Shown in pieces: positions 51,501 through 63,418 of a DNA stretch of 64,000 nucleotides. The stretch covers positions 155,558,001 to 155,622,000 of the forward strand of contig NC_082709.1 in assembly GCF_030144855.1 (NCBI RefSeq), read 5' to 3'. The notes under the pieces are model-generated. The model did not search any database. It was given only the letters and a program-made list of their open reading frames with translations, and was not told where the DNA came from. Positions within the stretch are counted from its first letter, which is position 1; each line of letters opens with the position of its first letter. Origin of the DNA: Hypanus sabinus. Lineage: Eukaryota. Position numbers and translations under genes: made by a program.

Positions 51501-52759
51501 AAGGGATGGTGAAAATCCATGGTGGTTTTTTTCTTGGAAGGGCTGGATTTTATCAGAAGCCATAGTCTAGGGTAACTGGTTTTGAAGGTAAAGCCACTGC
51601 CTGAAGCCATGCCCTGGAACAAGGGTCACTATTACCATGCTCCAAAAGACTAGTGGGGTTGCAGAAGACAACTCGCTTGTTCATTCTCTCCCTCTGTCCC
51701 TCTCCCTCTCCCTCTCTCTCCATTCATTGGCAGAGTATCAGTAGTGACTGGTAATTCAAATATATGACTAACAAGCTGATTGTTTAAGGAATGCAAAGTC
51801 TACATGTGTAATCTCTGTCGCAATAAACTGCAGTCTAATTGACATTAATTTCAAGGTTATTCCACACATATTTATTACTGCTGTAAAGTTTTGCAACAAA
51901 GGAGAATCAAATCACTGATGTATTTCATGTATTCAGGTTTGCTATTTTGTTTACTTATGAAATACCTTTGACACAGACCAACCTTGCTGTTGTAATTCAA
52001 ATCCACAGGAAATTGACCAATGTCTTATTTCATCCCTGAACCATAAAACATGTGGTAAAGCAAAAGATCAAAAAGCGTATTTTAACTGTCTCAAAGTTTA
52101 CTCTTAATAATTTTGTTGCATTTTCTCATCTCTCTTTCTTTGAGTGGACTTTTACCACTGCATTTACTGACAATGAAAGAAACAGGTACCAGTGAAATTC
52201 TGTTTTTTATTTCCATTTACTTCAGGCAAAGCAACCTTGTGATTGAATCTACAATATCTGCAATATACCCAGCATTTATTTTATACATTTTTTTGTCATT
52301 CTGGCCTTTCTTGCCTGCTTCACCGAAACTTGGGAAGCCTCTTAGCAGCAAAATCGTTCTGAAAGTAAAGGTGGCCTTTAGAATTGTAAGTTTTATTCTG
52401 TGTCACCTCTGAGGTTTCTCTTTCATTTTCCCATATGATATTTGGATTTGGGTTGGCTAATATTCTTGCCCTCTTTTTAACCCGATATACAACGTGTAGT
52501 TGTCACTGACAAGACCAGTGTCATATTTCTTATTCATGGTTACCACTGGAAGGAGGTGAGTAGTTTTGAGGCACTGCAGACTAACTGGGGAATCTAAAGT
52601 GCTGATGAATAAGGAGGTTGAATACATAGTCTAGCAACACAATGGAGTTGGACACAGAGTCTATAGAAGTGAGGCAAAGTGGCATCAACTTCATGGACCC
52701 TGAAGGAGGTGTTTGCTACTCTGAGGCAAATCAGGGTGGATTAATCCCCAGGGCCTGAC

Positions 52760-54110
52760 AAAATGCTCCCTCAGACCCTATGGGAGGTGCAGAGATTGCC
52801 AGCGTCCTAGGAGAGGTACCAGAGGATTGCAGGATAGCCAGTGTTTTTTCACTGTTTAAAAAAGGTTCTGAACATAGACCAGGGAATATAAGCTGGTGAG
52901 TCTGACACCAGTTGTGGGAAAGTTATATTCTAAGGGACCAGATATATAAATATTTGGATAGATGTGGACTGATTAAGGATAGGCTTTGTACCTGGTAGGT
53001 CATGTCTAACCAATCCTATGGAGATTTTCGAGGAAGTTACCAGGAAAGTGGATGAAGGCAAGGCAGTGGATGTTGTCCATGTGAACTGTAGCAAGGCCTT
53101 TGACAAGATCCCGCACGGGAGGCTGGCCAAGGAGTTTCAGTCACTCAGCATACGTGATGAGGTAGTAAATTGGATTAGGCAACACACACAAAATGCTGTG
53201 TGTGTTGTTGTTTGAATTTCCAGCATCTGCAGATTTCCTCGTGTTTGCTCTTTAAATTGGATTAGACATTGGCTTTGCGGGAGCAGCCAGAGAGTGGTAG
53301 TAGACGGTTGCCTCTCTGACTGGAGGCCTTTTACTGGAGGAGTGCCACAGGATTGGTGTTGGGTCCTTTGTTGTTTGTCATCTATATCAATGATCTGGAT
53401 GATAATGTGGTTAACTGGATTGGGTGACACCAAGTTTAAGGGAGTGGGGGACAGTGAGGAAGGCTATCATGGCTTGCAAAGGGATCTGTATCAGCTGGAA
53501 AAATGGGCTGAAAAATGGCAGACAGAATTTAATGCAGACAAGTGTGAGGTTTTTCACTTTGGTAGGACCAACCAGGGTAGGTCTTACATGGTGAACAGAA
53601 GGGCACTGAGGAGTGTGGTAGAATAACGGGATCTGGGAGTACAGGCTCATAATTCATTGAAAGTGATGTCACGGGTAGATAGGGCCATAAAGAAATCTTT
53701 TGGCCCATTGGCCTTCATAAATCAATGTATTGAGTAGAAGAGATGGGGCGTTATGTTGAAGTTATATAAGTCGTTGGTGAGGCCTAATTTGGAATATTGT
53801 GTTCAGTCTTGGTCACCTACCTATAGGAAAGATGTAAACAAGGTTGAAAGAATATGGAGAAAATTTACAAGGATGTCGCCAAGCAGGTCTGGAGGACCTG
53901 AGTTATAAGGAAAGATTGAATAGGTTAGATCTAGATTCTTCAGAATGTAGAAGACTGAGAGGAGATTTGATAGAGGTATACAAAATTATAAGGGGTATAG
54001 ATAGGGTAAATGCAAACAGGCTTTTTCCACGGAGTTTGGGTGGGACTACAGCCAGACGTCATGGATTAAGAGTGAAAGGGATCTCATCACAACCTCTTGA
54101 ATATTGAAAG
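52760..54110 (+). mobile_element. Degraded CR1 RT region, interrupted at about 53170-53250 by a Penelope-like tail
   Basis: FEEVTRKVDEGKAVDVV...KAFDKIPHGRL, GGVPQ and EKWAEKWQ.EFNADKC motifs. Confidence 0.8.
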
Positions 54111-54299
54111 TTCTGGATAAAATGGATGTGGAAAGGATAATTTCCTATAGAAGCATAGAAAAAAGGTGCAGGAGTAGGCCATTCAGCCCTTCAAGCCTGC
54201 CCCACCATTCAGCATGATCATGGCTGATTATCCAACTCAAAACCTTGTACCTGCTTTTTCTCCATACCCCCGATCCCTTTAACCATAAGGGCCATATCT

Positions 54300-55750
54300 A
54301 ACTTGAGACGCTTCACAAACGTCCCCAACTTCCTTCTGAGGAAAATGGAAATTAAATAGAAAGCGTCCCATTTGTTTTGGGGGTTGTTCAGCTCTGAAGG
54401 GGAGTTCGAACGGGAGCGGGAGACAATGCAACGGCGGTAAAACCCCCTCGGCTGCACCGCCACCGCTATTGGGTGTAACCCGCGATTGATATCGATACGT
54501 AACAATGGCAATAGCATAGTTCCGAATTCCTCTTGTGTCTTAGGGGCCGGGAGGGTGTCACTGATTTTTCGTTCAGACTTTTTATCGTCTCTCCGCGAGC
54601 TGAGTAGCGCGTGTGTGACATTTGGCACATGACACGAGACGACAGATCCTGGTCTGGGGAGCCCACGAGTGATGTCAGTCACGTGGGGCGCCAGGGTGAT
54701 GTCACGTGTGTTGGAGCACTTGTATTTGAAACAACGTAATTGACGTTCCATGCGATTTTAGTGGAACCAAAATTTAATCGTGTGTATCTTCACTGAATCC
54801 AGTGGCGTGTGATGTAATGTCCCCTTCTATGTGCACGGCTGTTGTTGATGACACGTGCAGCGTGGAGTTTACTCGAGTGGTGTAATAAAACCACAAATGT
54901 TTTTGTGTTGGAATTTCTCGGGTAGATCTGATTTGGGGTGGATTCTGTCAAAGCACTTTCTTGTTGCTTTGCAGTTTGATAAACAATGATTTCAATAATG
55001 CAGAACAAAATTGAACCGGGGTGAACAGATTACCTCTGGTCGCTGGAGTCTGTGTCTCCTGGTGAACTACATACACTGACATAGGTACTACCGTAAGTTC
55101 TCCTTACTCTAAAAGTAAGTACATCATTCAGGCATTCTGTTTAATCAAAGTTCGTACATGCAGTTGGTTGTTTTTGTCGTGGAAGTCGAGGTTTTCTCAG
55201 TGAAAGAGGTAGAGGATCTCTGCATTGATCCTCCGGCCTCTGACCACAAGTGGTAATATAAGGAGTTCCGATAGCTGGTGGCGATGTGGAGACTTCAGAC
55301 AGCTGGTGACGATATTCAGAACTCCCCGGGTTGGTGGCGATGTAGGACACTCCCAGCACTGACTGGATATTCGGAACTCCTATCGCTGCTGGCGATTTTG
55401 GCAACGTAGGAGAGAAAGGCCGCTGTTGGCGACGCGGGATCCTTCAAGCATTTGTTGGTTGAAACACCGACCACTGTAGTTCAGATGAGATCGGTTTACG
55501 CGCGGGCTCAGTGCTGACCTGGGTTCTCCCGTTCGGATGGCGGCAAGGAAAGGTCTGATTTCGGTTTTGTTGTAATCTGGGACCATGATCTACCGGAAGG
55601 TGGGAGGTTTTGAGTAGCCTGGCTTTTGTTTTGCCCCCGAGACCGGGCTGCGGGATTAGTTGCACACACAAAGTGCAGGAAGAACTCAGTGGCTCAGACC
55701 GAACCTCTGGAAATTTCGGACCGACACCTTCAGCAGCACTGTAGAGAAAC
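54300..55750. promoter_or_regulatory. CpG-rich island-like region with clustered E-box/CRE-like motifs
   Basis: CpG density visibly above the flanks; GTCACGTG at 54678 and 54701, TGATGTCA at 54670 and 54697, CACGTG near 54852. Confidence 0.5.
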
Positions 55751-55879
55751 ACAGCTAATGTAAAAAGATGGGGCGGTGTGAGAGAAACACTTGGAGTGGG
55801 AGGAATGCAGTAAAGTGCTGGGAAGTTGGTGAAATAGACAGAATGCCATGGAAGAATGAACAAGGGTGAATGATCAACT

Positions 55880-56215
55880 GAGGGAGGTGATAGGCGCACA
55901 AGGAGAAAAGTAGTGGGGTTATCTAGGACCAAAGGGCAGAGCCTCAGAATTGGGGGATATCCATTTAGAACACAGATGTGGAAAAATTTCTTTAGCCAGA
56001 GGCTGATGAATCTCTGAAATTCATTGACACAGACAGATGTGCAGGCCAAGTCACCAGATATTTAATACAGAAGTTGATAGGTTCTTGATTAATGTCAAAG
56101 GTTACAGGGAAGAAGGCAGGAGAATGGGGTTGAGATGGAATATATGTCAGTCATGACGGAATGGCACAGCAGACTTGATGGGCCAAATGGCCTTATTCTG
56201 CTTCTATGTCTTATG
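55880..56215 (+). mobile_element. CR1 LINE 3' fragment
   Basis: Same 3' end as the other CR1 copies (ggcagagcctcagaatt...tcttatga). Confidence 0.85.
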
Positions 56216-56582
56216 ATAAAACACGAATGAGAGGATAATATCTAAGTGAATGGAACCTCTGTGTCTCTTTGTCCTGAGAATGATAAGGGTCTCCACTTTA
56301 ACAAAAAAAGGACAATTGGTTTGCAATCAACTATTTCTTGCATAATGGCGAGATTCTCACCAGCTGCCTGTTCACTCAATTTTGCAACATTAAATCAGTT
56401 GTTTGACATATAATAATTAGTTAGGTAATATAAACTGGAGGAACTTCTAGAACAACACTAAATTGGCAGAATGCAGCAAAAGGAATGCCAGATTTTCTGA
56501 AAGAATACCACAGGAGACTTTGAACGTTCAAAGAATAAGATTACACAGACAGTCTTTGGTTAAACAGGTGGCCTTTTCATAT

Positions 56583-56719
56583 TTAACACACATAATGCTG
56601 GCCAAGCAGCGAGTAAATAGCATCATCACTGTTATCATTAAGCTGCTGTCTCACTGGCGGCTTCACAGTTTCTTCATTTTCAGGCCTGGCTGATATCACT
56701 GATAATGGAACCTTCTTTT
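56583..56719 (-). CDS. CD28H/TMIGD2-like V-C1 receptor, cytoplasmic exon
   Basis: Acceptor ttggtttattgcag, phase 1 continues the TM exon frame: KKKVPLSVISARPENEETVKPPVRQQLNDNSDDAIYSLLGQHYVC-stop; contains AIYSLL. Confidence 0.7.
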
Positions 56720-58216
56720 CTGCAATAAACCAAAGAGGAAAATCCTCAGAGGAGCTTAGAAGCTAAAGCAGCTAAAGAGCTGCAGCATAAAAGTAATGCC
56801 AGCTACAGAAAGATCAATTCATTTTAAAGCAAATTCATCTGTGTGTCATGATTGCTGGAGTTGTACTAGCAGAGAAAAAAACTCGTAACAACCAGACATC
56901 TGAATCATTAAAATTAAAAGCTGTAAGTCTTCATTAGCACTTGTAATGGGAAAAGTTGTGTTTTAAGATTCAAGATTGTTTATCGCCATTCTTCAATACA
57001 TGAGTGTGACGGAGAATAAAATGATAGTTACTCTGGAGCCTATGCAACATACAAATACTATAAGCACAATAATATAAACATGACAGCAGTCCTATAAAAC
57101 ACAATGCACAAATTACTGTTGAGTGCATACAGTATCTTTCCTATCATATCTCTGACATGAATTCTCACTGGAATTCCAGATACAAGCAGAACTCTTTTAA
57201 AGAAGTGGGGGATACGAAAGCTGGAGAATGAGGTGGAGGGGCTTGCACTGATTCCAACCTGTGGCACTCAGCAACAGGTGTAGGCAGGACAGTGGAGTGG
57301 AGGTCAAGTGCTCCACAGCTTCGGAAGGGGTAAGCTGAGACGCTGGAGGGTGTTATAGGATGGCTGCGGAGCAATTCTTTGAGGAGGTTTAAGAGCAGGA
57401 GGGGCAGCCCTGTGATCCATTTGGTAAGGTTGGAACTGGTTGCTACGGAGCTGGACGACCAAAGCTGATTTTGTCACTAAGTACACCATCACAGAGTAAA
57501 GTCTGTTCATAAAGTGCTCTTCGTACTCTGAGGATTTCCTAAAGCACTTTGAAGTTAATTGTGTTTTTTTGAAATGTTATAATACATAAGCAGGTGGCAG
57601 CCAATTTGTGCACAACAATATTTTGCATACAGCAGTGTGATATTTACAAGGATTAAATGTTGGTCTGGACACGGGACAAATTTACTGTTCCTCTTTGAAA
57701 TGGCATGAGAGCATTTGTGCTCATGTGAGAAAGCAGAACTAGTTTCATATAACAATTCATCACAGAGAGGAAAACCAGAAGTTCTTTATGCATCACATGC
57801 CATTTCTACCAGAGTAATAGAAGGTATCAGTGGCTGGGCTGTTTCAAAATCCCAGGACAAAAATCTGATTGGAAGGGTTCAGTCAACAGGCTGTGGGGCA
57901 GCTTGAAGCTGAAGGTATGTGTTCAAGTAAACTGAAGAAGGAGAATCAATGGCAAGGACAAAAGGTACGGAATGTCTTTCTTATCAGAGTTAGAATTCAG
58001 GACTGATTTGGAGCATACAGCGTGTTTGTCAACAATCCCAGTAAATTGATTTTAAAGGGTTACAGTTCTGTACATGAAATACTTGGGTACTCGTTCATAA
58101 CATAAACTTGACTGTGTGACTTGGAACAAGATAATTCTCCGACTATGTTTGCCACAAGCTTCTTTTAGAATTTACAATAAAGTAACATCGTAATTTAGAA
58201 AACATGAAACACTTAC

Positions 58217-58315
58217 TTGAAACTGAATACAGGTATATACAAATTACTGCAACTATCAGCACAAGTAGACTGCATAATGTCAATATTCTCCAATAATTTT
58301 TATGTTTTACAGGAC
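58217..58315 (-). CDS. CD28H/TMIGD2-like V-C1 receptor, transmembrane exon
   Basis: Acceptor ttatctcaccag, donor A|gtaagt, 99 nt, phase 1/1: GPVKHKNYWRILTLCSLLVLIVAVICIYLYSVS. Confidence 0.85.
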
Positions 58316-59804
58316 CTGGTGAGATAATTCAGGAAAAACTTTTGAAGTTGCATTGCACAATTTCATAACTTTAAGGTTAGTTTCTCTTCACACTCATCAT
58401 TATCTAAGTTGAATTACAGGGTCTCGTTGTAGTCTGAGCAGTCACAAAAGTGATATGATTAGCTTTCTGAATGTGACTCTTTTCAATAAAAGCTTTATTT
58501 TCATGGATTTTACTCTCCTTTTTCAATGCAGTTTCTATCACTTAATCTGTACAAAGGGACTGTGGCATTGTCCATTTTGTCACCAATTTTGAGTAAAAGA
58601 TTAAAAACCACACTCAAGGTGAAATTCACGCTTTGAATAAAAGCCTGGGACTGGGAAAACCTTTGAGACTGGGAAACTACTAACACCCTCTTTAACTATC
58701 TGTCACTATTTGATTTACATTTTCACAAGATGCTGTGCTTCTAAGGCTGACAATCAAACATGGAATTTAAAGTATCCAAATGATACACAGCTTTACTGAT
58801 TATTTTCCTTATTTACTGGCCAATTCTGTCATGACAATTCCTTCCAATAGAATTGTGTGCTGTCTCATCCAGTCCTAATACAGCCTGTGTTAAAAGGCTA
58901 GAGATGCGAGACTTCAGAACAAAATCTTGGCTGATTTCCTGTACTGAAAAAGCTCTGAAGGTATTTGCCTTTCAGACAGGACTTAAAACTCAAGTGGATT
59001 AAAGCACACTTTAAGAGGAGGGGAGCAAAGAGGTGCAGGGACATGTCTGAAGGACTGCCTAAAAAGGGGAGAAGAATGAACAGGAAACTATGGGTGTTAT
59101 GTGGACTGTTCTGAACGGTGGTGCCTTTCAAGGTTTCAAGTTTACTAGAGCAAAGTAAGTGGATTGGCTCTGGTCACTTTGTAGTTTCTTAAGTTCTTGG
59201 TAAATTGACTAATTATTTATGTGACTAAATTAATTAAACCTTTGTGAGGGATAATACATTATTTATCATCATCATTGTTATGTGACGTGTCATTTGACTT
59301 GACCGATCATGATTTTTCCATGACCATGATTGTTCTACAGAAGTGGCTTGTCATTGTCTTCTGGGCAGTGTCTTTACACGATGGGTGACCCCAGCCATTA
59401 TCAATGCTCTTCAGTGATTGTCTGCTTGGTGTCAGTAGTTGCATAACCAGGACTTGTGATATGATATTAAACTACTTAATTGTTACAAATCATATCTATC
59501 TGTGAGACATGACACAGTCCAGTAATGTGCAGTGTTCCCTATTCGAAAATCTAAGTCTCAGATCACAGGGAGAACGGGCCTGACTGTAAACTGAGTATTA
59601 TGGTTAGCCTGAGCAGTCCTAACTTGAAAAGTTCAACTTTGCTATATGAGAGTCTGCCAAACTAAGCACAGACCTGTGCATTAATTGTGAGACATTTTGC
59701 TTAAATCCTTGTTTGGGAAAAATAAATCATTGGAATATTCATTCAAAGCTTTGCAACCTGGCATGATTCAAACACCTGTATAACAAAGCACCCAGCAATC
59801 TTAC

Positions 59805-60110
59805 CTGGGCTGCTGTCACGGCTGTGTTTAATGATTGGTGCGGAGAGTGTCGAGTGGTTCACCTGACAGGAATAATTCCCACCGTCACTCCAGTCAGGTA
59901 CAGACAGATTCAGGAAGCTTGCCCTGGAGAACGAGCCGTCACTATTAGAATAGAGGGGCCCATCCTCTGTCCCGTTGGTGATCAACTGTCCATCCCTAAA
60001 CCAGGACACTTGAATGTTGTCCGGGTAGAACTCCACCGCTGTGCAGTTGAGCTGTACGCTAGCGTTAGGGGCAGGTGGAGCCTTGGTTGTTAACTGAACT
60101 GTTGGGCGTG
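59805..60110 (-). CDS. CD28H/TMIGD2-like V-C1 receptor, Ig C1-set exon
   Basis: Acceptor tgcttttcag, donor G|gtaaga, 306 nt, phase 1/1: VQLNCTAVEFYPDNIQVSWFRDG...NSDGSFSRASFL...YSCQVNHSTL (FYP, W and CxVxH C1 motifs). Confidence 0.9.
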
Positions 60111-61017
60111 CTGAAAAGCAATTGTGATATAATATCAGACCTTGTAAACCATGCAGATTCTTTCTAATCATTCTCTGCCTATCCAAATGTGTCGCACCCT
60201 GTCCCTCAGAATTCCCTCTAAATACACTTGGCACTACTGACATCGTGTTGACTTGCCTGTAGTTTTCCAAATTGTCCTTGCTTCCCTTCTTAAAGCCACC
60301 TTCCAGTCTTTGGGGACTTCACCCATGACTAACGATAAACCAGTTAAGGACTCCACAATTTCCTATCTAGCTTCCCATAAAGTCCAAAAGTGCACTTGGT
60401 CGGACCTTGGGAATTCATCCAGCTTAATGTGCTGGAAGGCTGTAAATATTTCCTTCCTGGTAATATGAAGGTCCTGATACAGGATTTCAATCCCAAACGC
60501 GAACAGTTTTTTGCTCTCCCTGATGCTGCTCAACCTGCTGCGTTCCTCCAGCCATTTGTTCATTGCTGCAGACTCCAGCATCTGCAGTCTCTTGTGTCTC
60601 CAAAATAGCTCTACATGTTTCCCTCATCTGGTGAGCAATCTGCGCAGTAAACACCAAGGGGAAATATTCATTAAATATTTCCCATCTCCCGTGGCTCAAG
60701 ACATAGATTCAAGACTACGGGGACCTATTCTTCCCCATAGCCCTTCGTTTACTCTTCATATAGCTATAAAATTGCCTGGGAATTTTCTTAACTTACACTG
60801 CCAGATCCATCACAAATCCCTCCTTTGCCCTTCTGATTTCTCTCTTGTGAATATTCTTAACAACTATAAAATCTTCAAGAGTTTAGGCAGCTTCTGGAAA
60901 GAAAATCAGCTTGAAACACTGACTTTATCACTTTCTCCACAGACGCTGCCCTTCTTGCTGAGCGTTTGCATGAGAGATAACTACAAGGTACTTTTGTATT
61001 CTTGATGTACAACTCAC

Positions 61018-61377
61018 CCTCCACTTTCAGCCACGTGCCTTCTCCTTTTGCTGTCAGTGTAGGGGGAGGGATTTCAATAGAAAATTCACAAAAATAAATG
61101 TCATTGTCACTTAGATTAACGTTATAGATCAGTAAAGATGCAGAGTTTGCTGAGACATCCAGTGTAACTTGAAAATGACTTGCACATAATGGAACAGAAG
61201 CAGAATTAAATTTATTTTTCATTTGCTGACACAATGGCTGTACACTGGAGTTTCTTATCCACTTAATCCTCATCTGCTCTTCATCTCCACCACTGTACAA
61301 ACAGTTTATTCGTGCTGTTTCTCCTTTCAAGATTTGGATTTCTGGTGGTGTCTGGAAGACCTTTGGGTTTGTTTTTG
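61018..61377 (-). CDS. CD28H/TMIGD2-like V-C1 receptor, IgV exon
   Basis: Acceptor gtcttttcttcag, donor G|gtgagt, 360 nt, phase 1/1: KVFQTPPEIQILKGETARINC...MRIKW...PLCQ...PLC...DIYFCEFSIEIPPPTLTAKGEGTWLKVE. Symbol left blank because orthology is untested. Confidence 0.88.
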
Positions 61378-62769
61378 CTGAAGAAAAGACAAATGATTAA
61401 TATAATAAAACCTCCATTTGGTAGTAAATATTACGTGCTGAATGTAAAACTCCATTTCAGTGGAAATTAAAAAGATGTACAACTAATTTAGTTTCTACAA
61501 ACACCGACATAAATATTTTCATTAGTAACTTGGAGATGCCATCATTCTCATGCAGGAGATGTTGAAGATCCCATACCACTTATTTTGGAAAAAGAACAGA
61601 AATTTATTCTCGATTTCCTGGATGATATTTATTCCTCAGTCAAACTGCTAAAGAAGACCTGGTCTTTTTGTCACTTGTGGGGAATTACTGTGTAAAAATC
61701 TGCTGCTGTGTTTTCTCCATTGTAATGGATTAACTTCAAAAGCATGAACTTAATTGCATCTAAATCACTTTAGGAAATCCTGTGGTTGGCTGAATTGCTT
61801 TCACACGGGATACCTATAAAACTACCTGGATGTTTTAATGATTAAGATCGATTTCCTCATCCCCATCCCGTTTCAATGGAGTTTATGCAAGCACACCTTC
61901 AACTCTAGGTTCATATTCCTAGCAATAACTGTTCCTGATGCACCATGTTCATGCTTGAACCCTCAGGCTCCTGAATGGGGATGGATAACTTCACTCACCT
62001 CAATTCTGAACTGATTCCACAACACTTTCAAGGACTCTACAACGCATGGTCTCAAGGTTATTTATTTATTTATGGGTGTATTTGCACATTGGTTGTTTGT
62101 GACTCTGTGTGTAGTTTTCACTGATTCTATTGTATTTCTTTGTTCTACTGTGAATGCCTGCAAGGAAATGAACTTCAAGTAGTATATGGTGACATATACC
62201 TATTTTGATAATAAAATGACCTTGAAATTTGAACACTGCAAATATTCGTGATATGCTTACTTCAAATTCGTTGAGGGATTTACAAAAGGGAAAGAATTAA
62301 ACAAGGTTAAAACTCACACTTATTGGGAAGATAATGAATTTGAGCATCATTTAAAACTACTTGAATCAGGATCAGAATGAGTTTAAACATAATTAGCATA
62401 TGTTGTCATGTTTGTTGTTTTGGGGCAGCAATATCATGAAAACTATAAATTATAATAAGAAATGCATATAACCATATAACAATTACAGCATGGAATATTT
62501 AATTATTATAATTCACACTACTTATTATATTTTAATAAGTAGTGCGAAAAGACAGCAAGAAATAGTGAGGTAGTGTTCTTGGATTGGTTCAATGTCTGTT
62601 CAGAAATCTAATGTTGGAGGGGAAGAGGTTGTTCCTAAAATGTTGAGCATGTGGACATGCTCCATTCTTATTGCCACCTCCTTGATGGTAACAATAAGAA
62701 GGGGGCATATCCTAGGCGACAGCAGCCCTAAATGATGGGTGCTGCATTTTCGAAACATTGCCTTTTGAA

Positions 62770-63050
62770 GATCACGGTAGCGCGATGGTATTCTAGTGGC
62801 TAATGCGATGCTATCACAGAGTTCAACAGCAGGATCTCCGTAAAGGCGTTGTACATTCTTCCCATGTGCATGTGTTTCCTCTGGATGGTCTGGTTGCTTC
62901 CCACCTTCCAAAGATGAACCAGTTAGTAGGGCGATTAGTCCATTCTGACTTAACCTGTGATTAGGCTTGGGTCACGTAGGTGGGTTGCTGGACGGTGTGA
63001 CGCGTTGGGACAGAACAGCCTGTTCTGCACTGTTTCTAAATAAAAATAAA
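62770..63050 (+). mobile_element. tRNA-derived V-SINE (HE1-like), degraded
   Basis: Central gtacattcttcccatgtgcatgtgtttcctctgg...cttcccaccttccaaaga domain and a CR1-like tail ending taaataaaaataaa. Confidence 0.6.
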
Positions 63051-63243
63051 TATCCTCAATGCTAGTGCCCGTGATATAGTTGGCAGAGTCTGCAACCCTT
63101 TGGTTGAGATAGAACCAGTCTCTATGCATTGATTAATAAAGTGAAAGTAAGCTGCGTGGCAGTGTGCAGAATGGGAAGGCAATATTTGTCTTGTCTCATC
63201 AATGTAATTAATAGCATCCGTGATAGGTATAAATCAGACTTGC

Positions 63244-63307
63244 CTGCAATTAGAAAAATGTAAAGAAAAACACCAACGCAGATCCCTTGTGTTCTCTGAA
63301 GTGTCAT
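63244..63307 (-). CDS. CD28H/TMIGD2-like V-C1 receptor, signal-peptide exon
   Basis: ATG at 63307 (aaaATGa), MTLQRTQGICVGVFLYIFLIA plus 1 nt, phase 1 matching the V exon; donor is CAG|gcaagt (GC-AG type); upstream acceptor ccatcttcag ends at 63323. Confidence 0.75.
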
Positions 63308-63418
63308 TTTATTTATTTCACTCTGAAGATGGAAAAAATAGGAATTAATGAATTGCTGAAGGAACAAATAGTTTGTCTCTGTAATCAGGATCAGTATCTT
63401 ACACATATAACGTAAGGA

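Noticed and set aside
54218-54751. 177-aa minus-strand ORF in the CpG-rich region
   Set aside because: No domain similarity, starts at a non-ATG codon by my reading, and runs into a CR1 tail.
55034-55108. Possible extra cytoplasmic exon of the receptor encoding VRRTYGSTYVSV (second ITIM-like motif)
   Set aside because: Needs phase 2 entry. The preceding exon offers only a stop or a phase 0 donor (TAT|gtgtgt), which would give SKENLR-stop. No bridging exon was found.
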